From Eledone cirrhosa (lineage: Eukaryota): a stretch of 64,000 nucleotides of DNA. Both the position numbers and the translations under genes were made by a program. This document shows positions 1 to 10,935 of this stretch, in pieces (the first letter of the stretch is position 1; every line of letters starts with the position of its first letter). The stretch covers positions 55,600 to 119,599 of the forward strand of contig CAXHJY010000931.1 of assembly GCA_964016885.1 (NCBI GenBank), in the 5' to 3' direction. The notes under the pieces were generated by a model, which searched no databases, had not been told where the DNA came from, and was given only the letters and a program-made list of their open reading frames with translations.

Positions 1-3000
1 AGTGTTGTAGAGTTGGTGACCTTTGGTAGGTTGGCTGTGACAGTGTTGTAGAGTTGGTGACATTTGGTAGGTTGACAGTGACAGTGTTGTAGAGTTGGTG
101 ACGTTTGGTAGGTTGACAGTCACAGTGTTGTAGAGTTGGTGACGTTTGGTAGGTTGACTGTGACAGTGTTGTAGAGTTTGTAACGTTTGGTAGGTTGACA
201 GTGTTGTAGAGTTGGTGACGTTTGGTAGGTTGACCGTAACAGTGTTGTAGAGTTGGTGACCTGTGGTAGGTTGACAGTGACAGTGTTGTAGAGTTGGTGA
301 CCTTTGGTAGGTTGACTGTGACAGTGTTGTAGAGTTGGTGACGTTTGGTAGGCTGACCGTAACAGTGTTGTAGAGTTGGTGACCTGTTGTAGGTTGACAG
401 TGACAGTGTTGTAGAGTTGGTAACCTTTGGTAGGTTGACTGTGACAGTGTTGTAGAGTTGGTGACGTTTGGTAGGCTGACCATAACAGTGTTGTATAATT
501 GGTGACCTTCGGTAGGTTCGCAGTGACAGTGTTGTAGAGTTGGTGACGTTTGGTAGGTTGACAGTGACAGTGTTGTAGAGTTGGTGACGTTTGGTAGGTT
601 GACAGTGACAGTGTTGTAGAGTTGGGGACGTTTGGTAGATTGACTGTGACAGTGTTGTAGAGTTGGTGACGTTTGGTAGGCTGACCGTAACAGTGTTGTA
701 GAGTTGGTGACGTTTGGTAGGTTGACAGTGACAGTGTTGTAGAGTTGGTGACCTTTGGTAGGTTGACTGTGACAGTGTTGTAGAGTTGGTGACCTTTGGT
801 AGGTTGGCAGTGACAGTGTTGTAGAGTTGGTGACGTTTGGTAGGTTGACTGTGACAGTGTTGTAGAGTTGGTGACGTTTGGTAGGTTGACCGTAACAGTG
901 TTGTAGAGTTGGTGACGTTTGGTAGGTTGGCAGTGACAGTGTTGTAGAGTTGGTGACCTTTGGTAGGTTGACAGTGACAGTGTTGTAGAGTTGGTGACGT
1001 TTGGTAGGTTGACAGTGACAGTGTTTTAGAGTTGGTGACGTTTGGTAGGTTGACAGTGACAGTGTTGTAGAGTTGGTGACGTTTGGTAGGCTGACCGTAA
1101 CAGTGTTGTAGAGTTGGTGACCTGTGGTAGGTTGGCTGTGACAGTGTTGTAGAGTTGGTGACCTTTGGTAGGTTGACAGTGACAGTGTTGTAGAGTTGGT
1201 GACGTTTGGTAGGTTGACAGTGACAGTGTTGTAGAGTTGGTGACGTTTGGTAGGTTGACATTGACAGTGTTGTAGAGTTGGTGACGTTTGGTAGGTTGAC
1301 AGTGACAGTGCTGTAGAGTTGGTGACGTTTGGTAGGTTGACAGTGACAGTGTTGTAGAGTTGGTGACGTTTGGTAGGTTGACTGTGACAGTGTTGTAGAG
1401 TTGGTGACCTGTGGTAGGTTGGCTGTGACAGTGTTGTAGAGTTGGTGACCTTTGGTAGGTTGGCTGTGACAGTGTTGTAGAGTTGGTGACCTTTGGTAGG
1501 TTGACAGTGACAGTGTTGTAGAGTTGGTGACGTTTGGTAGGTTGACAGTCACAGTGTTGTAGAGTTGGTGACGTTTGGTAGGTTGACTGTGACAGTGTTG
1601 TAGAGTTTGTAACGTTTGGTAGGTTGACAGTGTTGTAGAATTGGTGACGTTTGGTAGGTTGACCGTAACAGTGTTGTAGAGTTGGTGACCTGTGGTAGGT
1701 TGACAGTGACAGTGTTGTAGAGTTGGTGACCTTTGGTAGGTTGACTGTGACAGTGTTGTAGAGTTGGTGACGTTTGGTAGGCTGACCGTAACAGTGTTGT
1801 AGAGTTGGTGACCTGTGGTAGGTTGACAGTGACAGTGTTGTAGAGTTGGTGACGTTTGGTAGGCTGACCATAACAGTGTTGTATAATTGGTGACCTTCGG
1901 TAGGTTCGCAGTGACAGTGTTGTAGAGTTGGTGACGTTTGGTAGGTTGACAGTGACAGTGTTGTAGAGTTGGTGACGTTTGGTAGGTTGACAGTGACAGT
2001 GTTGTAGAGTTGGGGACGTTTGGTAGGTTGACTGTGACAGTGTTGTAGAGTTGGTGACGTTTGGTAGGCTGACCGTAACAGTGTTGTAGAGTTGGTGACG
2101 TTTGGTAGGTTGACAGTGACAGTGTTGTAGAGTTGGTGACCTTTGGTAGGTTGACTGTGACAGTGTTGTAGAGTTGGTGACCTTTGGTAGGTTGGCAGTG
2201 ACAGTGTTGTAGAGTTGGTGACGTTTGGTAGGTTGACTGTGACAGTGTTGTAGAGTTGGTGACGTTTGGTAGGTTGACCGTAACAGTGTTGTAGAGTTGG
2301 TGACGTTTGGTAGGTTGGCAGTGACAGTGTTGTAGAGTTTGTCACGTTTGGTAGGTTGACAGTGACAGTGTTGTAGAGTTGGTGACGTTTGGTAGGTTGA
2401 CTGTGACAGTGTTGTAGAGTTGGTGACGTTTGGTAGGCTGACCGTAACAGTGTTGTATAGTTGGTGACCTTTGGTAGGTTGGCAGTGAGAGTGTTGTAGA
2501 ATTGGTGACGTTTGGTAGGTTGACAGTGACAGTGTTGTAGAGTTGGTGACCTTTGGTAGGTTGGCAGTGACAGTGTTGTAGAGTTGGTGACCTTTGGTAG
2601 GTGGACAGTAACAGTGTTGTAGAGTTGGTGACCTTTGGTAAATTGGCAGTGACAGTGTTGTAGAGTTGGTGACCTTTGGTAGGTTGACAGTGACAGTGTT
2701 GTAGAGTTGGTGACGTTTGGTAGGTTGACAGTAACAGTGTTGTAGAGTTGGTGACGTTTGGTATGTTGACTGTGACAGTGTTGTAGAGTTTGTGACCTTT
2801 GGTAAATTGGCAGTGACAGTGTTGTAGAATTGGTGACCTTTGGTAGTTTGACTGTGACAGTGTTGTAGAGTTGGTGACGTTTGGTAGGTTGACTGTGACA
2901 GTGTTGTAGAGTTGGTGACGTTTGGTAGGTTGACAGTGACAGTGTTGTAGAGTTGGTGACCTCTGGTAGGTTGGCAGTGACAGTGTTGTAGAGTTGGTGA

Positions 3001-5000
3001 CGTTTGGTAGGTTGACAGTGTTGTAGAGTTGGTGACGTTTGGTAGGTTGACAGTGTTGTAGAGTTGTTGACGTTTGGTAGGTTGACTGTGATAGTATTGT
3101 AGAGTTGGTGATGTTTGGTAGGTTGACGGTGACAGTGTTGTAGAGTTGGTGACGTTTGATAGGTTGACAGTGACAGTGTTGTAGAGTTGGTGACGTTTGG
3201 TAGGTTGACTGTGACAGTGTTGTAGAGTTGGTGACGTTTGGTAGGTTGACAGTGACAGTGTTGTAGAGTTGGCGACGTTTGATAGGTTGACTGTGACAGT
3301 ATTGTAGAGTTGGTGACGTTTGGTAGGTTGACAGTGACAGTGTTGTCGAGTTGGTGACGTTTGGTAGGTTGACTGTGACAGTGTTGTAGAGTTGGTGACG
3401 TTTGGTAGGATGACGGTGACAGTGTTGTAGAGTTGGTGACGTTTGGTAGGTTGACAGTGACAGTGTTGTAGGGTTGGTGACCTTTGGTAGATTGGCAGTG
3501 ACAGTGTTGTAGAGTTGGTGACGTTTGGTTGGTTGACTGTGACAGTGTTGTAGAGTTGGTGACGTTTGGTAGGTTGACAGTGACAGTGTTGTTGGGGTGG
3601 TGACGTTTGGTAGGTTGACAGTGACAGTGTTGTAGAGTTGGTGACGTTTGGTAGGTTGACAGTGACAGTGTTGTAGAGTTGGTGACATTTGGTAGGTTCA
3701 CAGTGACAGTGTTGTAGAGTTGGTGACGTTTGGTAGGTTGACAGTGACAGTGTTGTAGAGTTGGTGACGTTTGGTAGGTTGACTGTGACAGTATTGTAGA
3801 GTTGGTGACGTTTGGTAGGTTGACAGTGACAGTGTTGTAGAGTTGGTGACGTTTGGTAGGTTGACAGTGACAGTGTTGTAGAGTTGGTGACGTTTGGTAG
3901 GTTGACAGTGACAGTGTTGTAGAGTTGGTGACGTTTGGTAGGTTGACAGTGACAGTGTTGTAGAGTTGGTGACCTTTGGTAGGTTGACTGTGACAGTGTT
4001 GTAGAGTTTGTCACATTTGGTAGGTTGACTGTGACAGTGTTGTAGAGTTTGTCACATTTGGTAGGTTGACTGTGACAGTGTTGTAGAGTTTGTCACATTT
4101 GGTAGGTTGACTGTGACAGTGTTGTAGAGTTTGTCACATTTGGTAGGTTGACTGTGACAGTGTTGTAGAGTTGGTGACGTTTGGGAGGTTGACAGTAACA
4201 GTGTTGTAGAGTTGGTGACGTTTGGTAGGTTGACAGTGACAGTGTTGTAGATTTGGTGACCTTTGGTAGGTTGACTGTGACAGTGTTGTAGAGTTGGTGA
4301 CCTTTGGTAGGTTGACTGTGACAGTGTTGTAGAGTTTGTCACATTTGGTAGGTTGACTGTGACAGTGTTGTAGAGTTGGTCACGTTTGGTAGGCTGACCG
4401 TAACAGTGTTGTAGAGTTGGTGACCTGTGGTAGGTTGGCTGTGACAGTGTGGTAGAGTTGGTGACCTTTGGTAGGTTGACAGTGACAGTGTTGTAGAGTT
4501 GGTGACGTTTGGTAGGTTGACTGTGACATTGTTGTAGAGTTGGTGACCTTTGGTAGGTTGACTGTGACAGTGTTGTAGAGTTGGTGACGTTTGGTAGGCT
4601 GACAGTGACAGTGTTGTAGAGTTGGTGACCTTTGGTAGGTTGACTGTGACAGTGTTGTAGAGTTGGTGACGTTTGGTAGGTTGACAGTGACAGTGTTGTA
4701 GAGTTGGTGACGTTTGGTAGGTTGACTGTGACAGTGTTGTAGAGTTTGTAACGTTTGGTAGGTTGACAGACAGTGTTGTAGAGTTGGTGACGTTTGGTAG
4801 GTTGACAGTGACAGTGTTGTAGAGTTGGTGACGTTTGGTAGGTTGACTGTGACAGTGTTGTAGAGTTGGTGACGTTTGGTAGGTTGACTGTGACAGTGTT
4901 GTAGTGTTGGTGACGTTTGGTAGGTTGACAGTGACAGTGTTGTAGAGTTGGTGACGTTTGGTAGGTTGACAGTGACAGTGTTGTAGAGTTGGTGACGTTT
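1..5000. repeat. 41-bp tandem satellite (consensus GTGACAGTGTTGTAGAGTTGGTGACGTTTGGTAGGTTGACA), runs off the left edge
   Basis: AGTGTTGTAG recurs at 1, 42, etc. The ORF track shows a 41-aa period (3 x 41 bp). Occasional 35-bp deletion units. Abrupt end near 5000. Confidence 0.98.
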
Positions 5001-5264
5001 ACTCTGGCACTTAAGATTACTTTTTGGAGACTGTTATAGAAATAGAAAAATTTGTCGGGAAATTATGGATAAAGTTGGCTGTAACTGTGTGTAAGCTTTG
5101 CTGTTTGATGGAACACATTGTAGAGTTATTGGTGTTTGATGGATTATCACAGCGATATTGTCACAATTGTAGAAAATGGTAGAAATATGGCTATTTATTG
5201 CTTTGTCGAAGAATATTCAAGAATAATTATCATGTTAAACGTTGTACAAATTCTATGGCTTCAG

Positions 5265-5330
5265 TATGTTCTTGTATTTACCAAACTTCATTCCTGAAGA
5301 TTATATAGAAAATATTAAAAGGAAAAGCTG
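5265..5330 (+). other. candidate 66-nt internal exon (MFLYLPNFIPEDYIENIKRKS)
   Basis: TTCAG acceptor and CTG|GTAAGA donor flank a stop-free frame. No recognisable homology. Confidence 0.2.
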
Positions 5331-5556
5331 GTAAGATGATAATAATTAAGAAATGTTAGTTATAGTAATCTCTACCCGGAACGTAAAGGGAGGTAATTTC
5401 CTACCGTAGATCACTGTCGGACGCTCTAACAATCTGCCAATATACTACCCTAAATAACAATGGTTTCTACTTTTAGCAGAAGACCAGTAACTCGGAAAGA
5501 AGTAATCTTCACTCCAATACTTCATTGACATTTTATTTTATCGACCATGGAAAGTA

Positions 5557-5696
5557 TCAGTCACGTGGTGTGATGGTCATTTCCTGACCATCACTTAATC
5601 CAGAGTTTCTCTTCTCACGCCATTGAAATGTCTCCTGGTTAAGTCTATAAAATACTGGAAACTTCTCTTGTATGTAGAGCACCTGAATATTTGTAC
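5557..5696 (-). CDS. candidate terminal coding exon of an unknown gene (GTNIQVLYIQEKFPVFYRLNQETFQWREKRNSGLSDGQEMTITPRD*)
   Basis: Minus-strand acceptor TATTTCCTACAG, open frame to TGA. Phase-compatible with the candidate exon at 7180-7262. Confidence 0.3.
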
Positions 5697-5719
5697 CTGT
5701 AGGAAATATAATAATAATA

Positions 5720-5941
5720 ATGTTTTCTGATATAGGCACAAGGCCAGCAATTATTTTTGTGGGGGAGGAGAAAGTCGATTAAATCGACGCCAGTGCATTA
5801 CTGGTACTTTATTTTATCGACTCTGTAAGGATGAAAGGCAAAGTAGACCTTGGCGAGATTTGAACTCAGGACGTAAATATCCGGAATAAATGCTACAAAG
5901 CATTTTCTCCGACGCTCTAACGTTCTGCCAATCCACCGCCC
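5720..5941 (-). mobile_element. tRNA-derived SINE with Nin/Deu-like central domain
   Basis: Minus strand has A-box-like TGGCAGAACGTTAG, B-box GAGTTCAAATC and central GCCTTTCATCCTT...GTCGATAAAATAAAGTACCAG. Related copies at 6494 and 8481. Confidence 0.85.
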
Positions 5942-6054
5942 TAATAATAATAATAATTGACAGAAAAACAAAACAATAAAGACTGTAATTAGAATGCACA
6001 CTCAAAATTAGATATAAAAATATTATATTTACGATTAATACAAAATTTTGTCGA

Positions 6055-6249
6055 TCGACTTTCGTCAAATCGGACCGAGGAAACAATGTTTCCGTTGGTC
6101 TTTCCAATTGCTAATACTCCAGCTAGGAGGATCAACGAGAAATAAAGTGTCTTGTTCAAGGACATAACGCATCGCCTGGTCCAAGAATCGAACTGACAAC
6201 CTCACGATTGCAAATCAAGTTCTCTAACCAATCAGCCACACGCCTTCAC
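6055..6249 (-). mobile_element. second tRNA-derived SINE (CORE-like) fragment
   Basis: Minus strand reads GTGTGGCTGATTGGTTAG...GTTCGATTC...GTCCTTGAACAAGACACTT, i.e. a tRNA head followed by a CORE-type motif. Confidence 0.65.
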
Positions 6250-6493
6250 CATTAATACAAGGGAAACTTAAACATCTAAATGACATTAATTTGTAGTGCA
6301 GTTGGTTAACAAATTCGTCAGAACGTCAGGCCTTGTGCCTAAATCTGAAATAAATTAGAACTCAATTCTGTATATTTTAATATATTATTTCTGTTAGTTT
6401 TAGATCTGTCGTAATGTATCCTGTGTTCTGTTTACAAGGTTTATGATGATGTATTAATCTATCCTAGAGTTAGTGTGTCTAGGATATATATAA

Positions 6494-6673
6494 TTGTTTC
6501 TACTTTTGGTACAAGGCCAGCAATTACCTCAGTACATTTCTGGTACTTTATTTTATCGACCCCATAAGGATGAAAGGCAAAGTTAACCTCAGCGGGATTT
6601 GAACTCAGAATGGCAAGGGCCTTAACTCTGACACTCTGTCAGGCTCTCCACCGATACTGCCAATCCACAGCCC
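6494..6673 (-). mobile_element. Nin/Deu-type SINE copy
   Basis: Shares ACAAGGCCAGCAATT, TGGTACTTTATTTTATCGAC, AAGGATGAAAGGCAAAGT and ATTTGAACTCAG with the 5720 copy. Confidence 0.85.
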
Positions 6674-7179
6674 TTGCTTTATATAATGCACTTTACTTAT
6701 TCTTTCAGTATTTGTAATAAGTGTTGTACTTTTTGTGGTATATTTCTTCCTCAACTCAGAAGAATGTTTTGATATTAGTTGGATATATTTACATCAACTG
6801 TATGTAGATGTCTGAGGTTTTAACACCACATTAGTATAGTATCGGGATGGGGAAGGTGGGACATTTGGCATTATGTAGTGGAAACCGGTTTGGGGGTTGG
6901 TATAACTTTCAATACAAGGGAGATAATTCCCATAGGATTAGCTGAGCGAAATTTTTGGACAATACATACTATGTAGATTAGAGTGGTTCTCTTTGTTAAA
7001 GAGAAATGATTAAAGTAATGGACTTTAATTTTTAATGTTACAGAGTTGTAGTACTGTTTTCTATTTTTCAATAACGCCTTAATATTTGGGCTTCAGGTTT
7101 CATGCAGACGTTGAAAGTTAATGATCACATCCATTCTTGTATTCTGATAAGAACATTGTGTGATCAATTTAATACTCAC

Positions 7180-7262
7180 CTACACCTGGATAGTAGATGT
7201 CCAGTTGATTGTCTAGATTGTTTGTAGAACTGAGTAGCGTACTAATGAGAAGGGGATCGTCG
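7180..7262 (-). CDS. candidate 83-nt internal exon (DDPLLISTLLSSTNNLDNQLDIYYPGV)
   Basis: Strong polypyrimidine acceptor CTTTCACCTTTCTCTTCAATTTTAG, consensus donor G|GTGAGT and a stop-free frame. Confidence 0.35.
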
Positions 7263-7324
7263 CTAAAATTGAAGAGAAAGGTGAAAGTAACGGACATGTT
7301 TCGGCCATATTATAAAGACTGATC

Positions 7325-7379
<55 letters not shown>
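7325..7379. repeat. (TA)n(GA)n compound microsatellite
   Basis: Directly visible. Confidence 0.95.
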
Positions 7380-7552
7380 CACTGGAAGGTAATATCCGTA
7401 GTGGTAGAGCACTCAGTTCATGGGACGAGTTTGGTAGAAGTAGTAACAACAGTTAGTTCACCATACTGAGAACAATTGTTTCACTTATACGGATCTTCAG
7501 CTCGGACTGGTCATGGTTATACGGTATGGTAAACTAACTGTTGTTACTACTT
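7380..7552 (-). mobile_element. short fold-back element (PLE terminal-repeat/retrozyme-like) with 29-bp inverted arms enclosing a hammerhead motif
   Basis: Arms 7438-7466 (AAGTAGTAACAACAGTTAGTTCACCATAC) and 7524-7552 are near-perfect inverted repeats. Abuts a microsatellite. Confidence 0.6.
7466..7505 (-). ncRNA. minimal type I hammerhead ribozyme (weak stem II)
   Basis: Minus strand: CCGAG-CTGAAGA-TCCGTATAAGT-GAAA-CAATTG(palindrome)-TT-CTCAG. Core boxes and stem I are present. Confidence 0.6.
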
Positions 7553-7584
7553 ATATACTAGATCAACCGTGACCCGGTGGGTCA

Positions 7585-8125
7585 GGTTCACTTCAAAATA
7601 TTTTTAAAAAATCATGTTCACTTGAAAGTAATTTTTAAATAATTAAAATATACACAGACATGTATATAATGTAAAATGAAATTGGAAGGTCATTCTCACT
7701 TAAGAATAATTTTTAAATATGCCAAAACATTTTTTTTTTATCGTATTCACTTGAAAATAATTTTTAAAAAATTAAAAATCTTGTCTGTGTAAAGAAAGCT
7801 AAAATATAAATACTTACTGTACCAACAACTGGTATTTTCGAAATCACATTCACTTAAAAGTATTTGTAAATAATTAAAATATTCTGTTTAACAAAAGCAA
7901 AAGTACATTTACTTTAAAAACAACTCGTATTTTTCAGTCATATTCACTTAAAAATGTTTTTTTTTATAATAATTAAAATATCGTCTGTTTAATCGTCTGT
8001 TTAAAGAAAGCTGAAATATAGATACTTAAAGTACAAACAACTTGTATTTTTGAAATCATATTCACTGACAAATCACTGAAAAAAGATTTTTAATGTATTT
8101 TTTAAATCCTATTCACTTAAACATA
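7585..8125. repeat. degenerate AT-rich tandem repeat (about 100-120-bp units)
   Basis: TTCACTT(A/G)AAA...TAATTAAAATA motif recurs near 7587, 7616, 7745, 7848, 7942, 8060 and 8112. Confidence 0.75.
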
Positions 8126-8152
8126 TTTTTATTATTCAAAAATATTATTATG

Positions 8153-8372
8153 TCCGATTTACGCCAAACTTGTTTTATTCCGTTTGTATTCCCATTTCAG
8201 GGTTATTTTACTTTCGGAGTATTTTTCCATTATGCACCGTTATGGCTATTTATGAAGGTACCGGAAACGCGTGCTTCGATTTACGTGAAACTTGTTTTAT
8301 TCCATTTGTATTCCCCTTTCAGAGTCAACTTCCTTTCAATGTATTTTCCCATTATGCGCCCTTTTGGCTGTA
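8153..8372. repeat. ~122-bp tandem duplication
   Basis: CGATTTACG..AAACTTGTTTTATTCC.TTTGTATTCCC.TTTCAG...GTATTTT.CCATTATGC occurs at ~8155 and ~8277. Confidence 0.8.
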
Positions 8373-8407
8373 TTACATTACAGAAAAGCAAGCAAGCAAT
8401 CACAGAC

Positions 8408-8452
<45 letters not shown>

Positions 8453-8480
8453 CAGACAGGCGGACGGGATGTAGTAATAA

Positions 8481-8662
8481 TTGTTTCTACTTTAGGCACA
8501 AGGCCAGCAATTAGCCAGTACATTACTGGTACTTTATTTTATCTAACCCGTAAGGATTTAAGGCAAAGTTAACCTTGGTGGGATTTGAACTCAGACCGTA
8601 AAAGGACGTAACTATGCTGGAAAGCATGGCGTCCGACCTTCTACTGATACTGCCAATCCCCC
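8481..8662 (-). mobile_element. Nin/Deu-type SINE copy
   Basis: Same diagnostic blocks as the 5720 and 6494 copies. Confidence 0.85.
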
Positions 8663-8991
8663 GATAATGATCAGAAATATCAACAATATGGCTGAAGGAA
8701 AATACCTCACATGATCCTTTTGCACGTATCACAGATTCAAATATTTTTTTTTTTTTTAGAATTTGGCCTAATCGATATTTAGTGAAGGTGGAGGTAATTA
8801 ATTGATCCCTATAATATTACTTGTATCTGATTGATTGACTTTGACTATATGAAATGAGACGTCATTCTTCAATGAAGTTGAACTCAGATATAGAGAAGAG
8901 TGATTGGTTTCTGTAGTCCTCCGGTCAAGTCTGCTAAATATCTTCAAATCTCTATTTCAAATATTTCATATTTCGATATATGAGAATATAT

Positions 8992-9331
<340 letters not shown>

Positions 9332-9332
<1 letters not shown>

Positions 9333-9407
9333 AGGAACCAGTAAGACCCCGACGGCTGAGCTCAAGCCGTTTCGACGGCTAATTCTGGACGCACCAGATT
9401 TCCTTCG

Positions 9408-9409
<2 letters not shown>
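9332..9409 (-). mobile_element. internally deleted copy of the GACCCCGACGGC hairpin mini-element, flanked by (TA)n
   Basis: Same left end (TAGGAAC.AGTAAGACCCCGACGGCTGAGCTCAAGCCGTTTCGACGGCTAATTCTG) and right end (ATTTCCTTCGTTA) as the copies at 48832, 52360 and 56651. Confidence 0.85.
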
Positions 9410-9450
<41 letters not shown>

Positions 9451-9659
9451 AATACTTCACTTCTCGTGAAATCTAATTGTAAAAAACTTACCCCTATTTT
9501 TCTACAGCAACATGGAGCTGGTTGTTGTGAATTGTTGTCATCGTCTGAAGAGAAAAACATATTTGAATAAAGATAAGTGGATCAAAGGAGAATACAAGAA
9601 ATTATTTCAAAACTATACAAGTTTTAATTTAATAATTATAAATGGTGAGCGGGATAATC

Positions 9660-9703
<44 letters not shown>

Positions 9704-9749
9704 GGCTTCTTCATAGTCACTGTACACCAAATTCTGCTCACAAGGCTTG

Positions 9750-10935
9750 TAAACAGTGAAATTTCATTGAAATCACACCCTATAGTATTCAGGACAATTT
9801 GGAAATGTAGCCTTGGATATACAGGAATGGCAGGATCATGGCTGAGAGGTCTTTAATATGTGATGGTTCGGAGCTGAGTTATTTTAAAACAATAATGTTC
9901 TTTATGAGAGCCAACGAGGGAGCGCCTCGACATGGTCGCTTGATTCTCTAGAAATAGAAGTTAAATTTCCCTAAAATCCCACCCTACTGTTATAACGTAG
10001 CTCTAGATATAGAAAAAGTCAAGATGGTCGCGCCTAGAAAATCTTTGATCAAAGGTTTGCTTTATCAGGACCAACATGTGACGAAACAACAAATAATTGG
10101 ATAATAAAGACACACATACACTCACTCACTCACTCACTCACTCACTCACTCACTCACTCACTCACTGTTTCTCTCTCTTTCTCTCTCTCTCTTTCTTTCT
10201 CTCTCTCTCTTTCTCCCTGGTGACAGTAGTGGTGATCGTTAGGCCTATTAGAGCTTAAAGGGGTCGTTAAACAATATACTGGAGTGATTTCTTCTTCAGG
10301 TCCAAAGACCGTAGGAAAACTTCAATACGAATTCAGCATTTTAAGCTAAAAAGGCAATAATGAAATTCTGCGATGTTGCTTCTACCTATCTAGAGCAAAA
10401 TGCACTCGACTGTTGAGAGTGAAATATCTTCATTGTTCATACAATTCAGTGTCAAGTTACGAACTGTTGGCCTATCAACGGTTAAATGTCGGTTGCCCTT
10501 TAGCTTTATCAACCATGCCATCTAAATTTAAGTGGGATCGTCTTCGAGGTTTTTAGACCTACTGGAAATAACTGCAAAATCTCCCTCAAATCTTACCCTG
10601 CCACCTTTAAAAAGAAGGGTACACTAAACATTGCGATCTTTAAAAAGGAAGAGCACATTAAAAGTGAACTAAAAATAAGTTTGCTTGTTCCCTATTGAAA
10701 CGCTTTGATTATAGATCAGGTCTAACAACAGCAACAACATGGGCGACGACTCAGTTCTGATTTGGTAGAACTATTATCAAAGATATTTAAGCCGTATCAT
10801 CTCATTTTTATTAAGGCTGAGTATATCTAGGGCTACATTATATCCTTTGTTTCTTAAACAGTATGGCACCACATGGAGATTTGGCTGCTATTTATTTGTT
10901 GAACGAACATGTCAGGTTTCTCACACTCGCTCATT
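9750..10935. repeat. cluster of old dispersed-repeat fragments (AAATCTCCCTCAAATC.CACCCT family) plus (CACT)n/(TC)n
   Basis: Related motif at ~9770, ~9960 and ~10575, and inverted at ~10875 and ~12375. Confidence 0.55.

Noticed and set aside
1026-4342. Mucin-like ORFs of 96-891 aa
   Set aside because: Overlapping in all three frames with the same peptide, so they follow from the stop-free 41-bp unit. Not called as CDS.
1-5000. Telomeric repeat or G-quadruplex array
   Set aside because: The strand is G/T-rich but has no TTAGGG/TTAGG runs and almost only GG doublets.
5860-5941. tRNA gene
   Set aside because: The A/B boxes belong to a SINE head and no cloverleaf is evident.
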